Shown: positions 1 to 10,609, counted from the stretch's first letter. The stretch: DNA of 64,000 nucleotides from Thermococcus sp. JdFR-02 (GCA_002009975.1 MTLP01000042.1:32001-96000); one strand, 5' to 3'. Notes: a model not told the origin generated them from the sequence alone. Translations and numbers: made by a program.

Positions 1-2
1 TG

Positions 3-1502
3 ACGGGTTCTGAAAAGGAGCAGATTAAGTTGCTAGAGAATCCAAGTGTATATAGACCTGTTCTTCTTACGGGAAACAATGGAACTCCTCTGGCAGTTTT
101 TGGGTACCAAAAGATGGAAGAATGGTCGGAATACTCATACACAGGCAAGATACGTGTGGCATATCTCTATATGGGTGGGAATCACGTAAGAATAGAACCT
201 GAAATGTTTCCCAACTACTTTGATCCCAATATGAAGTTTGGACCCGATAATTGGTGGATTGCTCTTGCAACCCAACTCATTCCGTACGATGACGGTGTTG
301 TGGGCATGTTTAAGGTTACCCTTCCAACCTCAACATACTTCACTTACGGGCAGCATAGTTACAATGCCTTCTATTTTATAGCCAAAATAAATTTAGACGG
401 TTCTGGAGAGGTTATATATGGTCCCGATATTGATTGGAGCAGAGAAACACCCTCCATATCCATGAAAGGACAACCACTCATTAGTGATACCTATGGTCCC
501 ATCATGTTTCCAATAGGTTCAAACGAAATAGTCTTCAAGGGAGTAGATACAGAAGGGAACATCAATCTCTATGTCCTGCCCTCTCTTAGAATCTTGCCTC
601 AAGTAGTGGCTTCATCTTGGTTTACATCATCGAAGATGGTACCAGTAGATGGGGGCGTACTTTATGGAAAACAGGGAATCAGCATCATTGTTAGGGTTGA
701 TGGAGCTTGGGAGCTAGGGGTGAGAGATGAGCCAGCAACAGATATAAGAATTCTAGTTTATAGCAGCAATGATAATACAAGCAAACTTTTGGATACAAAA
801 CTAACAAATTCCGTAAAGTGGGCTTTGTCTCCCGACCACAAAAAGATCATATACATTCCAAAAAGCGTGAATAAACTCAAAGAAATAAATCTGGAGGAAG
901 ATATTGAAACGGAATTAATAACCCTGCCGAATCTAACAATTGATGCTAATGCATGGGATTCAAATTTCGATACATCACAAGCCTATGGATCTGTAGCTAA
1001 TAATGGTGATAGAATATTCTTCGCAATCCAAGAAGGTGTTTGCAATAACTTATACATGTTTTCAAGAGGAGCGGGACAGTCTAATTTTGTATTCTCTCCC
1101 ACTGTTTCTCAGGAGAAACAATCAAAAGAGTCAATCTCCCAGAAGCAGCAAAAAGATTCATCTGAAGATGTTCACCAAGGACACAGATTAAGTGGTATCA
1201 ATTATGAGAAATGCATCTCCCCATGTATTGAATCCGGTGAATGTGTAGAGGGTTCCATTGCAGACGAGGAGTGGTGGTACAAGCATATGAGGGAAAAGCA
1301 GGAGATCATTAACAGCTACTGGAAGGGTAACGCTACTAAAGAAGAAGCATTGTTGGCAACAATTCAGCAAAAACTTGCTCTAGCATGCTACGAACGGGCA
1401 AAGGAGATGAGAATTAAAGGAATTTGGATCAAGGAACCGGATCCTAAAGAGATTCTGGGGGAAGAATACTATAAGCTGTATCTCGATATGATAGAGCGCT
1501 GA
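3..1502 (+). CDS. Hypothetical protein, 5'-truncated by window edge; beta-rich/propeller-like region plus C-terminal Cys-containing helical domain
   Basis: Frame is open from position 3 to the stop at 1500-1502. Contains a TolB/PD40-like segment WALSPDHKKIIY and an S/Q/K-rich linker before the last ~105 aa. Confidence 0.7.
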   Translation, partial: TGSEKEQIKLLENPSVYRPVLLTGNNGTPLAVFGYQKMEEWSEYSYTGKIRVAYLYMGGNHVRIEPEMFPNYFDPNMKFGPDNWWIALATQLIPYDDGVVGMFKVTLPTSTYFTYGQHSYNAFYFIAKINLDGSGEVIYGPDIDWSRETPSISMKGQPLISDTYGPIMFPIGSNEIVFKGVDTEGNINLYVLPSLRILPQVVASSWFTSSKMVPVDGGVLYGKQGISIIVRVDGAWELGVRDEPATDIRILVYSSNDNTSKLLDTKLTNSVKWALSPDHKKIIYIPKSVNKLKEINLEEDIETELITLPNLTIDANAWDSNFDTSQAYGSVANNGDRIFFAIQEGVCNNLYMFSRGAGQSNFVFSPTVSQEKQSKESISQKQQKDSSEDVHQGHRLSGINYEKCISPCIESGECVEGSIADEEWWYKHMREKQEIINSYWKGNATKEEALLATIQQKLALACYERAKEMRIKGIWIKEPDPKEILGEEYYKLYLDMIER

Positions 1503-1537
1503 GAGCAAAATGTCCAACCTAATAAAAAGTTAAAAAT

Positions 1538-3100
1538 CTACAAAATAACTTGCAAAAATGCTTCTTCTCCTGGAGCAAGTTCATCAATCTCCCAAATTAT
1601 TTCGCTATCCTTAATTTCTACCCTCCCCTTTGTTGCTCTAACGCTTGCAACGCTTATCGCTTTTCTGTATCTGAACTTCTTTAATTTCCTTAATCTTGGA
1701 GCTTTAACTTTCACAAAATAATATCCATCCAATTGCTCCTCCAACTTTATTGGGATGAAAAATGCCGCATAAGATGAAATTCCAAATAAGAGGGCTGAAA
1801 CTATTAGTATTATTGACAGTCTTTCATAGTCTATTCTTATCTTCAGGGGTATCTTTATAGAAAATCGTGTGGGGGTTGTTGTGGTTATCTTTCTCGTAGT
1901 TGTGGTGGTGTTTGTTGGGGTTTTTGTTGTAGTCGTTGTGGTTTGAATTGGTTTTGGCTTTTTCACGGTGATGATCCTTTCATCTCCTATGTATTTACTG
2001 CTTTCAGCTCTTAGAGTTATTAATCCAAAGCCTGTTTCATTTAAATTTATCCTAACCTTTCCTTCAGAATCTGCTATGGCGTAAACATTTCCCTTACTTC
2101 CACTAGCTTTTATCGTGACATTTGGAATGCCATTTCCGGCAGAATCTCTAACATAAACAACCAACGTTTCATTTTGTTGCTGATAGTGCAAGAATAGCTT
2201 TTCAACATTTACAAGACTTTCAACCACTTTACCGTCCAAATTTAGCTTTATCTTATATACTCCCGGTTCTTTGACTTCATATTGAACCATTCCAAAGGAA
2301 TCGGTCTTAAACACAACGCCTTCAATCTCTACAGGAATATCTTTAACTCCTTTTCCTTCCTTATCAAAAACCCTGACAGAGATTATTCCATTCTCAAATT
2401 TCGTTTCGTAGGAAAGATGTCTTTGATAAACCAAAAAGCTCTTGCTCAAAGTTTTTGGGATTCCACCAAAATTTGTTCTTAAAATTGCAGTGTATTTCCC
2501 AATCCCCGGTCTGGGTAAGAAGAGTAAATACTCCCATTTGTCTTGAGGATTTAGGTAAGTTACCCACGATTTTTTCGTTAACAATCCTTTTTCAGAATAA
2601 AGCTCAAGTTCTATCTTTCCCAGAATAACTCCATTAGAAAGAGACTTAACTTGGAGTTTTATTTCAACATCACTTCCATACAGGTATTTTTCATTCATTT
2701 CCATGCTTATTTTGTAATCAACGATCGTCAAAACCTTGACTTTTATAGGCTTTTCAAACAACAATGGTCCAAGTCTACTGACAACTTTTAAATCATAGAC
2801 ACCAGCATCTGCGTCTTTTATGTAAATCTGTAAATTAACTTCTCTCGTTTGGTTAGGCTCAAGTTTAGGAATAACGGCTTGAGTATACAAGAATCCTTTA
2901 ACTGGTCCAGAGATGTAAACGGTAACGTTTTCTGCTGTTGTATCACCTATGTTTTTCACCAAAATGGGAATATTAATAGTATCCCCCGGTTTTCCTTCAA
3001 AGGAATCTTTTTGAAGCTCTAAAACTATTATAGGTTGGGCTAATGAAAATGAAGCAGACAAAGAGAGCATCACTATTAAAAGTGCAATATGTCTATTCAC
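1538..3100 (-). CDS. Secreted, membrane-anchored Ig-like (NPCBM-assoc/CARDB-like) protein with Thr-rich linker
   Basis: N-terminal signal peptide, GKPGDTINIPILVKNIGD Ig-like motif, poly-Thr linker, one TM helix near the C-terminus. Confidence 0.75.
   Translation of the reverse strand: MNRHIALLIVMLSLSASFSLAQPIIVLELQKDSFEGKPGDTINIPILVKNIGDTTAENVTVYISGPVKGFLYTQAVIPKLEPNQTREVNLQIYIKDADAGVYDLKVVSRLGPLLFEKPIKVKVLTIVDYKISMEMNEKYLYGSDVEIKLQVKSLSNGVILGKIELELYSEKGLLTKKSWVTYLNPQDKWEYLLFLPRPGIGKYTAILRTNFGGIPKTLSKSFLVYQRHLSYETKFENGIISVRVFDKEGKGVKDIPVEIEGVVFKTDSFGMVQYEVKEPGVYKIKLNLDGKVVESLVNVEKLFLHYQQQNETLVVYVRDSAGNGIPNVTIKASGSKGNVYAIADSEGKVRINLNETGFGLITLRAESSKYIGDERIITVKKPKPIQTTTTTTKTPTNTTTTTRKITTTTPTRFSIKIPLKIRIDYERLSIILIVSALLFGISSYAAFFIPIKLEEQLDGYYFVKVKAPRLRKLKKFRYRKAISVASVRATKGRVEIKDSEIIWEIDELAPGEEAFLQVIL
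1870..1945 (-). repeat. Low-complexity ACN codon run encoding a Thr-rich linker
   Basis: Translates to TTTTTTKTPTNTTTTTRKITTTTPT; gttgt/gtggt repeats on the + strand. Confidence 0.7.
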
Positions 3101-3503
3101 GCCTAATCACCTCATCCAAGAGCTTTTGTTTTCCAATAAGCTCTTCAAAGTTCTTTCCCTTATATTTAGCCAATTGCAGGTCAACCCTATAATTCTTTCC
3201 ACTTTTGGACAAATGATGAGGCTCAAAAAAGAACCATCCATTGTTTATGAACTTAACTGCTATCAAAGCTTTTCCACCAAACTTTTCTGCAAAAAATGTT
3301 AGCTTTTCAATGTCTTCTCCATTTAAATAAACTCTCTCTCCTTTTGTGCTCTTAACCTCAATGCAAAAATAGAACTTCCCATTTCCCGCTACTAAATCAA
3401 CCTTTTTACTCCCAGCTGACCTTATTACTGCAAATCCTTCCCTCTCCAACATTTTTATTAATTCTCTCTCAACACTTGCTCCCCTTCGATATTTGGTCTT
3501 CAT
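3093..3503 (-). CDS. hjc: Holliday junction resolvase Hjc
   Basis: YRRGASVEREL, RSAGSKKVDLVA and IEVKS PD-(D/E)XK motifs. Confidence 0.95.
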   Translation of the reverse strand: MKTKYRRGASVERELIKMLEREGFAVIRSAGSKKVDLVAGNGKFYFCIEVKSTKGERVYLNGEDIEKLTFFAEKFGGKALIAVKFINNGWFFFEPHHLSKSGKNYRVDLQLAKYKGKNFEELIGKQKLLDEVIRRE

Positions 3504-3775
3504 TTGCCACCCACACTTAAGCTTTGAGCAGTTACAATTATACAGTTTTCTGGTAATTCTAAGTCATTACCCCTATAAACAATAACACTTCCATCAAAGG
3601 TTGTTATGTAAATCTTAAATTTCCTAAAACCTCCACTCTCACCTACTACCACAATTGGTTTTTCTTTCATGGATAAAAAGTTTAGGAAGTCTTCTTTTTC
3701 AACATAAATGATTAATCCTCCAACAATGACTCTCGTTGCTTTAACCTCCATCCCACAGCCCACAATTATCACCAT
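3500..3775 (-). CDS. Hypothetical protein (start may be 3751)
   Basis: 91-aa ORF whose stop overlaps the hjc start (ATGA). Confidence 0.65.
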   Translation of the reverse strand: MVIIVGCGMEVKATRVIVGGLIIYVEKEDFLNFLSMKEKPIVVVGESGGFRKFKIYITTFDGSVIVYRGNDLELPENCIIVTAQSLSVGGK

Positions 3776-3832
3776 GTATTTTTAGCACAAAAGCATATAA
3801 AACCCTATTCCTATGGTCTTTTGGTGGTGAGA

Positions 3833-4903
3833 ATGAAGGTTATTCACTCTAATATGAAAGAAGGCATCATTAAAGTTAAAGCTGAGACTTTAGATGATTT
3901 ATGGCATCTTTATCATATCATTGAAGAGGGAGATATTGTTTACGCTAAAACGTTGAGAAAACAGTCTCAAAGGAGTGATTCTCTAAGACCTGAAAAAGTC
4001 CAAGTTATTCCAGTTTATTTGGGAGTGAAAGCTGAAAAAATTGAGCTTCACAGATATGCAAATGCATTAAGAATTACTGGACCGATAGTTCACACATCCA
4101 ATGAGGAAGTTCCATTGGGAAAGTATCACACCATAGCTGTTGAAGAAGGGAGTGTTATAACGATAAAAAAGCCAAAATGGAAGGGTTATCAGTTAGATAG
4201 GCTCAAACAAGCAGTTGAAGCCTCTCAAAGAGCTAAAATCATGATTGTGGTTATTGAGGACGGAGAAGTTGATATGGCTCTCGTTAGAGAATATGGTGTC
4301 GACATAATTACAGAAATTAGGCACAATCTTGGAGGAAAAAGATACAACACCAATAGAGAAAGCGAGGAGATCAAGTTCTTTCATGATGTTGCAAAGACAA
4401 TGATAGAAATAATGAACAGGGAAAAAGTCGAGAAAGCTATCGTTGCTGGTCCAGGCTTTGTTAAGGAGGAATTTTATAAGTTTTTACAAGAAAACTATCC
4501 AGAGCTTGCTAAAAGAGTCGTTATTGAAGATACGAGCGTTACTGGGAGGACTGGAATTTATGAAGTAATTAGGAGGGGAACTGTTGACAAAGTCTACCAT
4601 GAGAGCAGGGTTACAAAGGAGATTCAATTAGTTGAGAAGGTTATAGAAGAGATCGCAAAAGGTGGTTTGGTTGTATACGGTTTGAAGGAAGTTGAGGAAG
4701 CTGCTAACTACGGTGCAGTTGAAAAACTCTTAGTTTTAGATGAACTTTTGAGAGGCGACTTAAAAGAAAAAATCGAAAGGCTTATGGAGTTTGTTAGAGG
4801 AATGAGGGCAGAGGTTATAGTTGTAAGCTCAGAGCATGAGGGAGGAGAAAAGCTCAAGGCTATTGGAGGAATTGCAGCTTTGTTGAGGTATAGGATAAAG
4901 TGA
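3833..4903 (+). CDS. pelA: mRNA surveillance protein Pelota/Dom34
   Basis: ETLDDLWHL, GKYHT, AGPGF and GGIAALLRY motifs; GGTG RBS before ATG 3833. Confidence 0.95.
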   Translation: MKVIHSNMKEGIIKVKAETLDDLWHLYHIIEEGDIVYAKTLRKQSQRSDSLRPEKVQVIPVYLGVKAEKIELHRYANALRITGPIVHTSNEEVPLGKYHTIAVEEGSVITIKKPKWKGYQLDRLKQAVEASQRAKIMIVVIEDGEVDMALVREYGVDIITEIRHNLGGKRYNTNRESEEIKFFHDVAKTMIEIMNREKVEKAIVAGPGFVKEEFYKFLQENYPELAKRVVIEDTSVTGRTGIYEVIRRGTVDKVYHESRVTKEIQLVEKVIEEIAKGGLVVYGLKEVEEAANYGAVEKLLVLDELLRGDLKEKIERLMEFVRGMRAEVIVVSSEHEGGEKLKAIGGIAALLRYRIK

Positions 4904-4907
4904 AAAG

Positions 4908-5909
4908 CTAGAGGTAGATCTCAGCATAAGGATCTTTTTCAAACTTTGGAAACTCCTCCATCTTCTCCTCTCTTATCAGCACTCTCTCCTTCTCCTCTGT
5001 GAACTCCCCAATAACAAATGCTTTAATTCCATTATTATTTAATTCTTTAATTATGTAATTGCTTTTTTCTTTAGGTGATATTATGACCAATGTTCCAGTT
5101 GATGAAACAGTTAAAGGATTAACTTCATAAGTCTCTAAAACTTTTTTAACTAAAGGAGGAACATAAAGTGTTTTTTCATGAACCTTAAAGCCCAAATTTG
5201 AGTTATCTGCTATTTCATGCAGAGCACTTGCTAAACCTCCTTCAGTAACATCATGCATGCCCCTTGCAAAGTTTTTAGCAATTAGAGCGTCTTTGACAAC
5301 AGTTTCAAGCTTATACATCTCCTTAAGCTCAGCTATCTCTGAAATACTTAAGACATTCTTTAGCTCTTTTTCTTTAAAATAAGCTAAACCAACAGCAAAT
5401 TCGATTCCAAGCCCTTTGGTTATTATTATGTCATCTCCAGCTTTTGCAATTGGCAGCTTTAGCTCTTCTTTCTTTATTAAACCTAAAGCAGTTGTTGTTG
5501 CTACTATTTCATTGACGCTTGGATAGACCCCTGTGTGACCTCCAACTATTGAGGAATTGTAAGCTTTGCATTCGTTATTTAATTCCATAATTATTGAATT
5601 AAGTTCTTCTTTAGTAGTTCCCTTTGGTAAGAGCAAATCAACTACCAGCCATTTTGACCTTGCCCCAAAAGTTGAAACATCGCTTGAGGCAAAGTGGTAA
5701 GCAAAAAAGCCAAAGTGTTCAAAAGGAACTCCCAAAATAGGATCAGTTGCAATCACAAGGTAGTGATCGTCATCATATTCCAAAACTGCAGCATCAAACC
5801 CTTCTTTGGGACCCACGACAATTTTGGAATTTTTAATCCCAAGATTAGGCAAAATAATTTCTTTTAAAGTCTCATTCCTTAGCTTTCCCAATGGCAACAC
5901 TCTCCTCAC
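4908..5909 (-). CDS. AIR synthase-related (HypE/PurM/ThiL-like) protein
   Basis: GFDAAV, ATDP, IVGGHT and MHDVTEGGL motifs. Confidence 0.85.
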   Translation of the reverse strand: MRRVLPLGKLRNETLKEIILPNLGIKNSKIVVGPKEGFDAAVLEYDDDHYLVIATDPILGVPFEHFGFFAYHFASSDVSTFGARSKWLVVDLLLPKGTTKEELNSIIMELNNECKAYNSSIVGGHTGVYPSVNEIVATTTALGLIKKEELKLPIAKAGDDIIITKGLGIEFAVGLAYFKEKELKNVLSISEIAELKEMYKLETVVKDALIAKNFARGMHDVTEGGLASALHEIADNSNLGFKVHEKTLYVPPLVKKVLETYEVNPLTVSSTGTLVIISPKEKSNYIIKELNNNGIKAFVIGEFTEEKERVLIREEKMEEFPKFEKDPYAEIYL

Positions 5910-6036
5910 CTGCTTTGCTATTACTTTCTCCTATTTTTATGTATTTTGACTTGAAGACCATTGAGAATCTAAGAAAAATTTAAATTTTTTGTTAAAAATA
6001 GTAAAAATAATCGAGACGGGTATGGAGGGAGCTAGG

Positions 6037-6792
6037 ATGCGAGTAGAAACATTTTATAGAGAGCTCGATGAAGTTCTTGGGGGAGGGTTGATAAAGGGCT
6101 CTGCTGTCTCAATATTCTACGACACCTATTCACTGGGCGCATTTTTTGGTTTGCACATCTTTGCAATGAGAATAAAAGAAGGGGACTTTGGTGTGATTTC
6201 CAATTATAATTTTCCCTTTGGAAGGTTGGTGAGAGGAGCAAAATTTTCTGGACTCGACATAATTAAAGAAGGGAAAAATGGGAATTTAGCAGTCATTGAT
6301 GTTTTCTCTTCTCGATATAAGCTTCCTTCCTTGTATCCGTTTGTGTATCTTTTACCCGGCGAGATAGATGCCGAAACTCTAAATCCAAAGATCCGTGATA
6401 TTTACAAAACGCATATACTTTCCAAAGCACATGGGAGGTCAATAATTAGGCTTATTTACTCCTTAGATGGTGTTGCCTTTTTCTTTGGAGAACAAAATAC
6501 ATTAAAGCTTCTGTATGCAGATCTTGCAAAGATCTCAGAGCTTGTTCCAAATTCCACTACAATACTCCTTACAAACAAGGATGCTGTTTCAAACTCATTT
6601 TTAGCTAGAATTTCAGATTTGAGTGATTATGTCATTGATTTTACAACAAATTTTGTTGAAAATGCTATTATTGAGAATGCAATGCTCACAAAAGCTCTAA
6701 CACCAGAATTTGCACCAGAAAGCTTCGACTTTTTTGTTAGAAAGAGTGAAGAAGGAAAGCACCATTTTGTGTTGAAGCGAAGAAGAAAATGA
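6037..6792 (+). CDS. Degenerate KaiC/RAD55 (RecA-fold) protein, Walker A lost
   Basis: ELDEVLGGGLIKGS N-terminus; YDTYSLG at the expected GxxGxGKT position. Confidence 0.8.
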   Translation: MRVETFYRELDEVLGGGLIKGSAVSIFYDTYSLGAFFGLHIFAMRIKEGDFGVISNYNFPFGRLVRGAKFSGLDIIKEGKNGNLAVIDVFSSRYKLPSLYPFVYLLPGEIDAETLNPKIRDIYKTHILSKAHGRSIIRLIYSLDGVAFFFGEQNTLKLLYADLAKISELVPNSTTILLTNKDAVSNSFLARISDLSDYVIDFTTNFVENAIIENAMLTKALTPEFAPESFDFFVRKSEEGKHHFVLKRRRK

Positions 6793-6847
6793 ATCCATAC
6801 AAATAACCGCAATTCTTAAGTAAAGCTAACACAATTTCACTGGGGGG

Positions 6848-8368
6848 ATGATTATGGAGTTAAGCTATCATGAGAAACTAGCGCTTATAGCTCTAAAAGA
6901 GCTTAATGGGAAAGCAAAATTTGAGGAATTAGTTGAGAGATCAAAACTTGATCAAGTAGCCGTTATGAGAGCTGTTCTGTGGTTGCAGAGTAAAGGCTTA
7001 ACCAAGCTCCATGAAAGAGAGAAAAGGGTAGTAAAGCTAACTGAAATTGGGGAAAAGTATTCCAAAATTGGACTTCCTGAGAGGAGAGCTTTAAAGCTTC
7101 TCGTAGAAAAGGGAAAAGCAAGTTTAGACGATTTAAAAGATGTCCTTAGCGAAGATGAAATAAAGCCAATAATTGGTGTTTTGAGAAAAGAGGGATGGGC
7201 AAATATAAGAAAAGAGGAAGGAAAGCTCATCCTTGAAGTTACAGAGAAGGGGAGAAAAGCGTTAGGTGAAGAGAGACCAATTGACAAGGTATTGCAGATT
7301 TTAGCTGATAAGGAAGAAGTTGAAGTTGACGAGATTGAAAGATTGATTTCATTAAATGAGCTAAAGAGAAGGAAAATTGCAGAAGAGGAACAAAAAAGCG
7401 AAAGAGAAGTTGAGCTTACAGAGGAAGGACTAAAGTTAGTTGAAAAAGGTCTTGAACTTAAAGAAGAAGTATCGTATTTAACCCCAGAGCTCATAACAAG
7501 CGGAAAATGGAGAGAAGTAGAGTTCAAGCGCTATAACATAAAAGCCCCCGTAAAAGTCATCTATCCTGGTAAAAAACAACCATATAGAGCATTTCTTGAC
7601 AAGATAAGGCGCAAGCTAATTGAAATGGGCTTTATTGAAATGACAGTTGATAGCTTAATAGAAACACAATTCTGGAACTTCGATGCTTTATTTCAACCAC
7701 AAAATCACCCAGCGAGAGATTGGACAGATACGTATCAATTAAAGTATCCAAAGTATGGAATGCTTCCAAATGAAAAGCTTGTTGAGAAAGTCAAGGCTTC
7801 ACATGAAAGCGGCTGGATTACTGGTTCAAGAGGTTGGGGCTATAAATGGGACCCAAGATTGGCTATGCAATTGATGCCGAGAGCACATGGAACTGCGTTG
7901 AGTGCAAGGCAATTAGCTAAGGGAACTCAAATACCCGGAAAATACTTTGCAATTCAAAGGGTCTTTAGACCGGATGTTTTGGATAGAACACATCTAATCG
8001 AGTTTAATCAGGTAGAGGGATTTGTTATTGGAGAAGATCTTAACTTTAAGCATTTGCTTGGAATTTTAAAGCGCTTTGCCGTTGAAGTGGCTGGAGCTAA
8101 GAAAGTAAAGTTCTTGCCAGATTACTATCCATTCACAGAGCCAAGTGTTCAAATGAGCGCTTATCATAAAGAGTTAGGTTGGGTAGAATTTGGAGGAGCT
8201 GGAGTATTTAGAGAAGAAATGACAAAACCATTGGGCATTGATGTTCCAGTAATTGCATGGGGAATTGGAATTGATAGGTTAGCAATGTTCAAGCTTGGCA
8301 TAGATGATATTCGTTACCTGTTTAGCTATGATTTGAGATGGCTAAGGGAGGCAAAGATTCTCTGGTGA
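6848..8368 (+). CDS. pheS: Phenylalanyl-tRNA synthetase alpha subunit
   Basis: [39 protein letters not shown] and AWGIGIDRL motifs. Confidence 0.97.
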   Translation: MIMELSYHEKLALIALKELNGKAKFEELVERSKLDQVAVMRAVLWLQSKGLTKLHEREKRVVKLTEIGEKYSKIGLPERRALKLLVEKGKASLDDLKDVLSEDEIKPIIGVLRKEGWANIRKEEGKLILEVTEKGRKALGEERPIDKVLQILADKEEVEVDEIERLISLNELKRRKIAEEEQKSEREVELTEEGLKLVEKGLELKEEVSYLTPELITSGKWREVEFKRYNIKAPVKVIYPGKKQPYRAFLDKIRRKLIEMGFIEMTVDSLIETQFWNFDALFQPQNHPARDWTDTYQLKYPKYGMLPNEKLVEKVKASHESGWITGSRGWGYKWDPRLAMQLMPRAHGTALSARQLAKGTQIPGKYFAIQRVFRPDVLDRTHLIEFNQVEGFVIGEDLNFKHLLGILKRFAVEVAGAKKVKFLPDYYPFTEPSVQMSAYHKELGWVEFGGAGVFREEMTKPLGIDVPVIAWGIGIDRLAMFKLGIDDIRYLFSYDLRWLREAKILW

Positions 8369-8377
8369 GGTGGGAAA

Positions 8378-10057
8378 ATGCCAAAGTTCGAAGTATCAAA
8401 GGATGATTTGGAAAAACTTGTAGGAAAAACCTTCAGTGTTGAAGAATGGGAAGACTTATTCCTTTATGCTAAATGTGAGCTCGACGATGTTTGGGACTAT
8501 GAAGGTAAAATTTACTTTAAAGCTGATGCTAAAGATACCAACAGACCAGACCTTTGGAGCGCTGAGGGAATAGCAAGACAAGTAAAATGGGCTTTAGGGC
8601 TTGCAAAAGGCTTGCCAAAGTATGAGATAGAAAAAAGTGATATCGTTGTTTATGTCGATGAAAAACTAAAAGACATCAGACCTTATGGAGTTTATGCTAT
8701 TGTAGAGGGGCTTGAACTTGATGAAGAGGCTCTAAAACAGTTGATTCAGCTTCAAGAGAAGGTCGCATTAACCTTTGGAAGAAAAAGGAAGGAAGTTGCT
8801 ATAGGAACTTTTGATTTTGATAAGCTAAAGCCGCCCTTCTACTACAAAGCCGTTGAACCTGAGAAGATTAAGTTCGTGCCTTTGAATTATGATGTGGAAA
8901 TGACCGCCAATGAAATCCTTGAAAAGCATGAAAAAGGTCTTGAATATGGACATTTGATAAAAGGAAAGTCCTACTATCCCCTTTTAGTTGACAGTGAGGA
9001 AAATGTTCTCTCAATGCCCCCCGTAATTAACTCGGAAACACATGGAAAAGTTACAGAAGAAACAAGGAGCGTATTCATAGATATCACAGGTTATAATCTC
9101 GACAAGATAATGCTTGCATTAAACGTTCTCGTTACTGCCTTAGCGGAAAGAGGTGGGAAAATCAAGAGTGTAAAAGTTGTCTATAAAGACTTTGAGATTG
9201 AAACCCCAGATTTAACTCCAAAGGAATTTGAGGTTGATTTAAGTTACATCAAAAAACTCAGCGGTTTGGAGTTAACAGATGAGCAGATAAAGGAACTTTT
9301 AGAGAGAATGTTTTATGAAGTTGAGCTAATCAATGGAAAAGCCAAGTTAAAGTATCCTGCATTTAGAGATGACATAATGCATGCAAGAGATGTCTTGGAA
9401 GATGTGTTAATCGCTTATGGCTATAATGAGATTAAGCCAGAAGAGCCAGAATTAGCTGTTCAAGGAAAAGGAGATGATTTTGTTGAATTTGAAAATGCAA
9501 TAAGAGAACTAATGATAGGATTTGGCTTGCAAGAAATAATAACCTTCAACTTAACCAATAAAGAGAACCTCTTTGCAAGGATGAACATAGAAGAGGAACC
9601 AGTTGTAGAGATTGAAAATCCAATAAGTCTTAACTGGTCAACTTTAAGGAACTGGTTATTGCCAAGTCTAATGGAATTCCTAAGTAAGAACACTCACGAA
9701 GAATATCCACAAAAGATTTTTGAAGTTGGAAAAGCGACGCTAATAGATGAGACAAAGGAAACTAAGACCATCAGCGAAAGCAAATTGGCAATAGCCATTG
9801 CTCATCCAAGAGTTACATTCACAGAAGTTAAAGAAATCTTAGAGAGCTTTATGAGGCACTTGGAATATGAATATGAGCTTAAAGAGATCAATCATGGATC
9901 ATTCATTCCGGGGAGAGCTGGAAAAATAATAGTGAATGACAAGGAGATTGGAGTAATTGGCGAAATTCACCCGCAAGTTCTTGAAAATTGGGGTATAGAA
10001 ATGCCAGTAGCAGCTTTTGAAATATTTTTAAGACCACTTTATAAGCCCTCTACCTGA
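8378..10057 (+). CDS. pheT: Phenylalanyl-tRNA synthetase beta subunit
   Basis: NRPDLWSAEG, LSMPPVINS and GEIHPQVL motifs; follows pheS. Confidence 0.97.
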   Translation: MPKFEVSKDDLEKLVGKTFSVEEWEDLFLYAKCELDDVWDYEGKIYFKADAKDTNRPDLWSAEGIARQVKWALGLAKGLPKYEIEKSDIVVYVDEKLKDIRPYGVYAIVEGLELDEEALKQLIQLQEKVALTFGRKRKEVAIGTFDFDKLKPPFYYKAVEPEKIKFVPLNYDVEMTANEILEKHEKGLEYGHLIKGKSYYPLLVDSEENVLSMPPVINSETHGKVTEETRSVFIDITGYNLDKIMLALNVLVTALAERGGKIKSVKVVYKDFEIETPDLTPKEFEVDLSYIKKLSGLELTDEQIKELLERMFYEVELINGKAKLKYPAFRDDIMHARDVLEDVLIAYGYNEIKPEEPELAVQGKGDDFVEFENAIRELMIGFGLQEIITFNLTNKENLFARMNIEEEPVVEIENPISLNWSTLRNWLLPSLMEFLSKNTHEEYPQKIFEVGKATLIDETKETKTISESKLAIAIAHPRVTFTEVKEILESFMRHLEYEYELKEINHGSFIPGRAGKIIVNDKEIGVIGEIHPQVLENWGIEMPVAAFEIFLRPLYKPST

Positions 10058-10074
10058 TTTTTTATTTGGTGAGC

Positions 10075-10494
10075 ATGATGAACTGGGGATTAATCATAGC
10101 AATTATCATCGGTATTTTAGCTGGAATAACGATTCCAGAGATTATGAGGCGGTACAAATATGCTGGAAGGGTTTTAATTTTAGCTTTTATGATTGCTTTA
10201 AGCTTGATTTACTGGAAACAGGGAAAAATTAGAGACGCCTACATATACTTTGAGATTACAGTATGGCTTCTCTTTGGCTTAGCTGACTATCTCGAAGAAT
10301 TTGGAATAAAGACCCTGCTTGGACTGCTTTTGATAGCAGTTGGGATACTTGGGTTAACTCTGTATGAATTTAAAATGACAATCACAGATGTTCTTGGATT
10401 AATAGTTAGTTCAGGAGTGGCACTTTATGGCTTTGTTTATCTTGGATACTTGGTAAACGAAAGAAGAAATCCAGAAAAAGTCAAGAAGAAGTAG
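10075..10494 (+). CDS. Hypothetical multi-pass membrane protein
   Basis: About 5 hydrophobic helices; GGTGA RBS. Confidence 0.7.
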   Translation: MMNWGLIIAIIIGILAGITIPEIMRRYKYAGRVLILAFMIALSLIYWKQGKIRDAYIYFEITVWLLFGLADYLEEFGIKTLLGLLLIAVGILGLTLYEFKMTITDVLGLIVSSGVALYGFVYLGYLVNERRNPEKVKKK

Positions 10495-10609
10495 AATCGT
10501 TCTCAGATTTTACCCTCTTTTCAATTCTCTTAAGGAGCTGAGTGAGCATTAATTCAAAATTCTCAATCGCATTCAAAATCTCAAGGTCTTTTATACATGG
10601 CATGTCCAT
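10481..10609 (-). CDS. Putative 42-aa small protein (not in ORF track)
   Basis: MDMPCIKDLEILNAIENFELMLTQLLKRIEKRVKSENDSTSS*; strong GGAGGTG RBS 6 nt upstream of ATG. Confidence 0.5.
   Translation of the reverse strand: MDMPCIKDLEILNAIENFELMLTQLLKRIEKRVKSENDSTSS

Noticed and set aside
6952-7527. 191-aa antisense ORF, representative of many shadow ORFs (also 34051-34524, 36908-37276, 48978-49379)
   Set aside because: S/F/L-rich antisense shadows of K/E-rich real genes
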